Shown: positions 59,796 through 64,000 of the stretch, one piece after another
How the letters are laid out: each line of letters begins with the position of its first letter
Numbering within the stretch: the first letter of the stretch is position 1
Origin: Flavobacteriales bacterium
Lineage (GTDB): Bacteria > Bacteroidota > Bacteroidia > Palsa-965
Direction of reading: 5' to 3'
DNA: 64,000 nt
NCBI GenBank assembly: GCA_040377305.1
Contig: JBEIPA010000001.1
Location: 64,001 to 128,000 of the forward strand
Notes under the pieces: generated by a model
Told to the model about the DNA's origin: nothing
Databases searched by the model: none
The model's input: only the letters and a program-made list of their open reading frames with translations
Position numbers and translations under genes: made by a program

Positions 59796-61907
59796 TTACT
59801 CCAGTCCTGTTTCTTTCCAGATAAACTGACACTTCACGAGGTTATAGTAACCGAACTTATCATCCTTCTCCAGTCGTAATTCATGGGAGGAAATAAATTC
59901 AATCTTATCGTACACGCACGGCAACAGTTGATTTCCTTTCGCATCAAGCAATCCCCAGCCTGTATCAGTTTTTACCTGCATGTATCCATCAATGCATTCT
60001 GATGCCTCCTCGTATCGCGGTGTAATAAATTCTTTTCCTTTCGCATCGATGTAACCAATGAGTCCGTCTTTACGCACGCGTGCCACGCCGTCTGAGAAGG
60101 ACCAGGCATACTCGTATGTGTACGGAACTTTCAATTTCATTTTATCATCAACAAATCCCCACTTCTCTTTCTTTTTCGCCGGAAATAATCCATCGCGGAA
60201 AGCACCAAGATCCTCATACTCACGAGGAACAATAATTTTTCCCGTAGTGTCGATCATTCCGAATTTGTCTTTCAGCAAAACTTTCGCGCGACCATTAACG
60301 AACGGACTTTCTCCCAACATCGTTCGGTTGTAGTCGTACTTCAATTCCACTGCGATCTTTCCGTTGCGACGAACGTAACCGCACATATTTCCTTGCACCA
60401 CAAGTGCCATCCCTTCGCTGAACGGGCCGATGTAATTGTACTCGCATGGAATGAGAACTTGACCGGTGTATGAAATCAATCCGTACATACCATCTTTCTC
60501 TACACGCGCCGATCCCTGATCAAACGGTTCCGCCCATTCATACTGTGGCGCAATTACGAGTCTTCCTTCCCGATCAACATATCCGTACATGGATGAGTCT
60601 TTCACATAAGCAAGTCCTTCCGAAAAATCACCGACCGCCTCATACTTACAGGACACGACCTCATTGCCCATCATATCAATAAATCCTTGCTTGTCGCCCC
60701 GAACAACGCGCGCACGGGTTTGCCTGAATTCTCCGATTCCATCGTACACAGGCTTCACTACAAAGTTTCCGGCTTTGTCTGTGATTCCCGTTTTACCATT
60801 GGAAACAACTTGTGCTAATCCGCGATGAAACTTTTCGCCTTCATCAAACTGAAAACCGATTGCAACACTTCCGTTCTTGTTGATGTATCCGCATTTGTCA
60901 TCCATTCCGGCTGCAGCAACTCCTTCTGAAAATTGATCCACCCATTCATACTTGCATTCGATCAGAATTTTTCCGGTGCTATCTGCGAACCCCCATTTTC
61001 CGTTTTCTCGAACACGATAAAACTTAGTCATCGACAGTCTTAGATCTTCGCTGATCGTTTCGCGGAAGGGAAACTCAGGATACGTAATCCAGAATTGCGC
61101 AATAGTAGTCGAACTTCCATCGGCCGTGTAGAGTGCGTACAAACTTTTCCATGCATCCGGAACATTTCTGTTTTGTGGATACGTATTTATAAATGTGTGA
61201 TACTCTTCCACAGAATAATTAGGCACCGACATTTTATACACCGCATCCTCTGCTGTTCCGTGATAAGGACTGTCCGGAAAATCTGCAATGAAGCTAACGT
61301 ATGACTGGAGTGATGAGTCTGCAGTTTTTGTCTCAAACAAACGACGATCGTAAGCAACTTGTGCTGCGGGAATCTGTTCTGCTTCCGGATACAATGAAAT
61401 GAATTCACTGAATGCCTCGTACGAATTTGCTTTCTCTGCTGCTGCAAATGCCAATGTATTCCTGTTTTTCACCGCGAGTGAAATCATCGGTGAACCGCAG
61501 AATTCATCAATATAAGTGTTGTATGCCGCAACGGTATTCTTTTGTTCCGCTTCGAAGTAGCCGAGTGTATCAATTCGTTTTTCCAGGCGTACAATTACCG
61601 AATCATTCACACCCAATTTCTGCAATCGGATTTTCTCCTTTGCACTCGAAGTTGCATACGACCATCGCGAAGAAAGAACCTGTTGGTGTGCACGTGTCAC
61701 ATTGTAAAATGGATTCTTGTCATTCGCATAAATCGTCGCGAGTCCGAAATGCGCTCCGGCGGGATGTCGTTTTTCCGCTTTGATAAAAAGTTCCTGCGCT
61801 TTGAAGTAATCGTAAATGCGCAAAGCCCCAAATCCTTTCTCCAGTCGCTGTGCCGACAGGATAAAAGGAGACAAGAACAAGACAAGTATGAGCGCGCGCT
61901 TCAACAT
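59796..61907 (-). CDS. WG-repeat protein with N-terminal helical Y..FI..YP repeats
   Basis: Signal peptide; repeated FI..(Y/F)P helices, then many KWG(F/Y)ID..G...FSEG.A units. Confidence 0.9.
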   Translation of the reverse strand: MLKRALILVLFLSPFILSAQRLEKGFGALRIYDYFKAQELFIKAEKRHPAGAHFGLATIYANDKNPFYNVTRAHQQVLSSRWSYATSSAKEKIRLQKLGVNDSVIVRLEKRIDTLGYFEAEQKNTVAAYNTYIDEFCGSPMISLAVKNRNTLAFAAAEKANSYEAFSEFISLYPEAEQIPAAQVAYDRRLFETKTADSSLQSYVSFIADFPDSPYHGTAEDAVYKMSVPNYSVEEYHTFINTYPQNRNVPDAWKSLYALYTADGSSTTIAQFWITYPEFPFRETISEDLRLSMTKFYRVRENGKWGFADSTGKILIECKYEWVDQFSEGVAAAGMDDKCGYINKNGSVAIGFQFDEGEKFHRGLAQVVSNGKTGITDKAGNFVVKPVYDGIGEFRQTRARVVRGDKQGFIDMMGNEVVSCKYEAVGDFSEGLAYVKDSSMYGYVDREGRLVIAPQYEWAEPFDQGSARVEKDGMYGLISYTGQVLIPCEYNYIGPFSEGMALVVQGNMCGYVRRNGKIAVELKYDYNRTMLGESPFVNGRAKVLLKDKFGMIDTTGKIIVPREYEDLGAFRDGLFPAKKKEKWGFVDDKMKLKVPYTYEYAWSFSDGVARVRKDGLIGYIDAKGKEFITPRYEEASECIDGYMQVKTDTGWGLLDAKGNQLLPCVYDKIEFISSHELRLEKDDKFGYYNLVKCQFIWKETGLE

Positions 61908-61962
61908 TTAATGTGGCTTAAAAATACGGATTCACTTGCCGTGACTTACCTTTGAAGCCGAT

Positions 61963-62157
61963 ATGAAATTCACAGGTGGACAAATCGCATTCTTGGTATT
62001 CTTCGTCGTCGTGTTTGTCGCCGCCCAGATTTACTCCTACCGAAAGGACAAGTCATCCAACAATAAGCACTATTCCGGGTCCTGGAAAGTCCTGATTGCC
62101 CTTGCCGCGTTCCTCGCAGCCCTCTATTTCATCATTAGTTACGTGCAAAAGCACTGA
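61963..62157 (+). CDS. small two-TM membrane protein
   Basis: 64 aa, two hydrophobic helices around YSYRKD...HY; TACCTTTG box just upstream. Confidence 0.7.
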   Translation: MKFTGGQIAFLVFFVVVFVAAQIYSYRKDKSSNNKHYSGSWKVLIALAAFLAALYFIISYVQKH

Positions 62158-62310
62158 TAATCAGGGCGCTGACTTTTCGTCGACTAATTCCTACTTTTTA
62201 CCGACGAAACCATTTTTTAACCTGTTATTTCTTGACATAGGCATGGAATTAGAGTAAATTCGCAGTAGATAACACACACAGTTTCTACCCCTTTATAGAA
62301 ACGTATTAAG

Positions 62311-63102
62311 ATGAAGAAATTACTTTTTTTATTGTCATTCATTGTTCCGGTCCTGGCCATCGCAGAAAATGGTACGTTGGTACTGGAGGGCAAATACCAA
62401 AACAAGAATGTGTACGTGCAGAATTCTTTCGCTGACAACGGCGTTGGTTACTGCGCTTACGAAGTTCGTGTAAATGGGGCGCCCAGCACTGATGAGGTCA
62501 ATTCTTCTGCATTTGAAATCGATCTACGTAATTACGATTTGCAGGAAGGTGACGCAGTGAACATTCAGATTTTTCACAAAGACGGATGCGCACCTAAAGT
62601 TCTGAATCCGGAAGTTTTAAAACCACGTCCTACATTCAGCACTGTAAAAATTGAGTGTTCAAATGCCGGATTGCTTACATGGACAACCACTGGTGAAACT
62701 TCTTCTATTGCTTACATTGTTGAGCAATTCCGTTGGAACAAGTGGGTGTACGTTGGAGAAGTTCAGGGAATCGGAACACCTTCTGAGCACACCTATAATT
62801 TTCAGACTACTTTCCATTCGGGCGAAAATCGATTCCGTGTGAAACAAGTTGGTTTCGCAAAAGAAGTGAAGTACACACCGGAAGTGAAACACACGCCAAC
62901 GAACACATCATCACTTACGTTCACACAATCAAACGATTCAAAGAAAATTACACTCTCAGGTCCATCCATGTATGAAATGTACGATGCTTACGGCAACGTA
63001 GTACTCAAAGGATTCGGATCAGAGCTCGACATTAGCGGATTTGAAAAGGGAGTTTATTTCCTGTGCTTCGACAACAAGATCGAACAAGTAAACCGCAAGT
63101 AA
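62311..63102 (+). CDS. secreted hypothetical protein, possible T9SS CTD
   Basis: Signal peptide, beta-rich body, C-terminal YD.YG...LDIS...KGVYFL. Confidence 0.75.
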   Translation: MKKLLFLLSFIVPVLAIAENGTLVLEGKYQNKNVYVQNSFADNGVGYCAYEVRVNGAPSTDEVNSSAFEIDLRNYDLQEGDAVNIQIFHKDGCAPKVLNPEVLKPRPTFSTVKIECSNAGLLTWTTTGETSSIAYIVEQFRWNKWVYVGEVQGIGTPSEHTYNFQTTFHSGENRFRVKQVGFAKEVKYTPEVKHTPTNTSSLTFTQSNDSKKITLSGPSMYEMYDAYGNVVLKGFGSELDISGFEKGVYFLCFDNKIEQVNRK

Positions 63103-63124
63103 TTGCCCAGGTTTTTTAAGTGTT

Positions 63125-63156
63125 AATCCCGGAGAGTAATCTTCGGGATTTTTTTT
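63125..63156 (+). terminator. rho-independent terminator
   Basis: AATCCCGGAGA-GTAA-TCTTCGGGATT followed by a T-tract. Confidence 0.8.
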
Positions 63157-63352
63157 ACCACATAGTATCATAGGAGGACTGCCTGTTTGCTAAAGGTGAA
63201 TCAACAAGTTGATTCAGAACATAGATCACAAGAGAAGATCGCATCGCGATCAATTCTATGCGAACTACTGCATTCTCTAGTCTTACCATAGCCCCTTATC
63301 GGCAAGCTTAGCAAACAATGATTAAGAAGCACACTATGACCCTATGTGGTTA
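63155..63352. repeat. ~200-bp nested inverted-repeat element (TTACCAC family)
   Basis: Outer ACCACATAGTATCATAG / CTATGACCCTATGTGGT; inner perfect TGTTTGCTAA / TTAGCAAACA; hairpins TGAATCAAC-AA-GTTGATTCA and GATCGC-ATC-GCGATC. Confidence 0.75.
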
Positions 63353-63983
63353 AAATCGCTTCAATCTCAGCGAACATCATCGCAGTGGCGCCCCACAAAG
63401 TCTCCTCTCCCAGAACATAACACGGCGCATCTATGAACGTGTTCACACCGATGGGAATTCTTCTGCGAGTCTTCAGTTGTTCGTCAAGAAACGTACTAAG
63501 CGGTACTTCCAGAATAATATCCACTTCACGATCATCAGGCACGTATTGCGGCTGCTCATTCATCCACGCCACAAATGGATGCACGAGAAAATTACTCGGC
63601 GGAATATACAGCGGTGTCAATTCACCAATCACGTCCTGCACAGAAACACTCACGCCGACTTCTTCGATCGTCTCGCGAATTGCAGTGTGAACGGGTTTCT
63701 CATCCTGCTCCTTCTTTCCTCCAGGCAATGCAAGTTGTCCGCTATGAATGCCATCATACGAAGGTCGCTTGATGATCATGGTATGCACCATTCCATCAAC
63801 CGGATAAAGCAACATCATCACTGCACTCGTTTTGTAATCGGGATGCTTGTCGAGATAAGCCTGCAATGGTAATCTCGCTCGCGAACTCATCGCATCCTGG
63901 GAAGTACTTCCCGGCAACGGCAATTTCAATCGTGCTTGTAAGGCTTCACGAAATTCAATTGGTGACGTGAGTAGATTTTTCAC
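63342..63983 (-). CDS. Nudix hydrolase, CoA pyrophosphatase type
   Basis: SAVMMLL, HSGQLALPGG..E......AIRETIEEVG, LWGATAM. Confidence 0.92.
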   Translation of the reverse strand: MKNLLTSPIEFREALQARLKLPLPGSTSQDAMSSRARLPLQAYLDKHPDYKTSAVMMLLYPVDGMVHTMIIKRPSYDGIHSGQLALPGGKKEQDEKPVHTAIRETIEEVGVSVSVQDVIGELTPLYIPPSNFLVHPFVAWMNEQPQYVPDDREVDIILEVPLSTFLDEQLKTRRRIPIGVNTFIDAPCYVLGEETLWGATAMMFAEIEAILTT

Positions 63984-64000
63984 ACCACGAAGCTAAGGAG

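Overview
Chromosomal window from a Bacteroidota bacterium, judged from T9SS C-terminal domains, a SusC-like receptor, TAnnTTTG -7 promoter boxes and fusA directly followed by rpsJ without tuf. 1-22.3 kb (minus strand): str-S10-spc-alpha ribosomal superoperon, then carA, eno and a truncated eukaryote-type citrate synthase. 22.5-36.8 kb: accessory cell-surface tailoring cluster with two KSIII/FabH-like genes, ACP, SDR, GT2, GNAT, three sulfotransferases, two antisense GT-like paralogs, an MBOAT-SGNH fusion, and a carrier protein/adenylation enzyme/acyl-CoA-dehydrogenase triad. The triad carries the signatures of proline-to-pyrrole-2-carbonyl biosynthesis (PltL/PltF/PltE type). Its coupling to a Dlt/AlgIJ-like transmembrane acyl-transfer module is the best candidate for an undescribed system (pyrrolylation of a surface glycan or lipid). 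36.8-64 kb: mixed genes, including an intact but apparently catalytically dead RAYT/IS200-like HUH transposase with a dispersed GACCCTTTGGGGG REP family and a 10-bp tandem array, a Cys-containing uORF before a fatty-acid-hydroxylase gene, a lamin-tail/TonB-receptor/endonuclease I locus (possible extracellular DNA utilisation) and several families of structured intergenic repeats. No rRNA, intact tRNA or CRISPR array was seen. All family calls come from manual motif recognition, not database searches.
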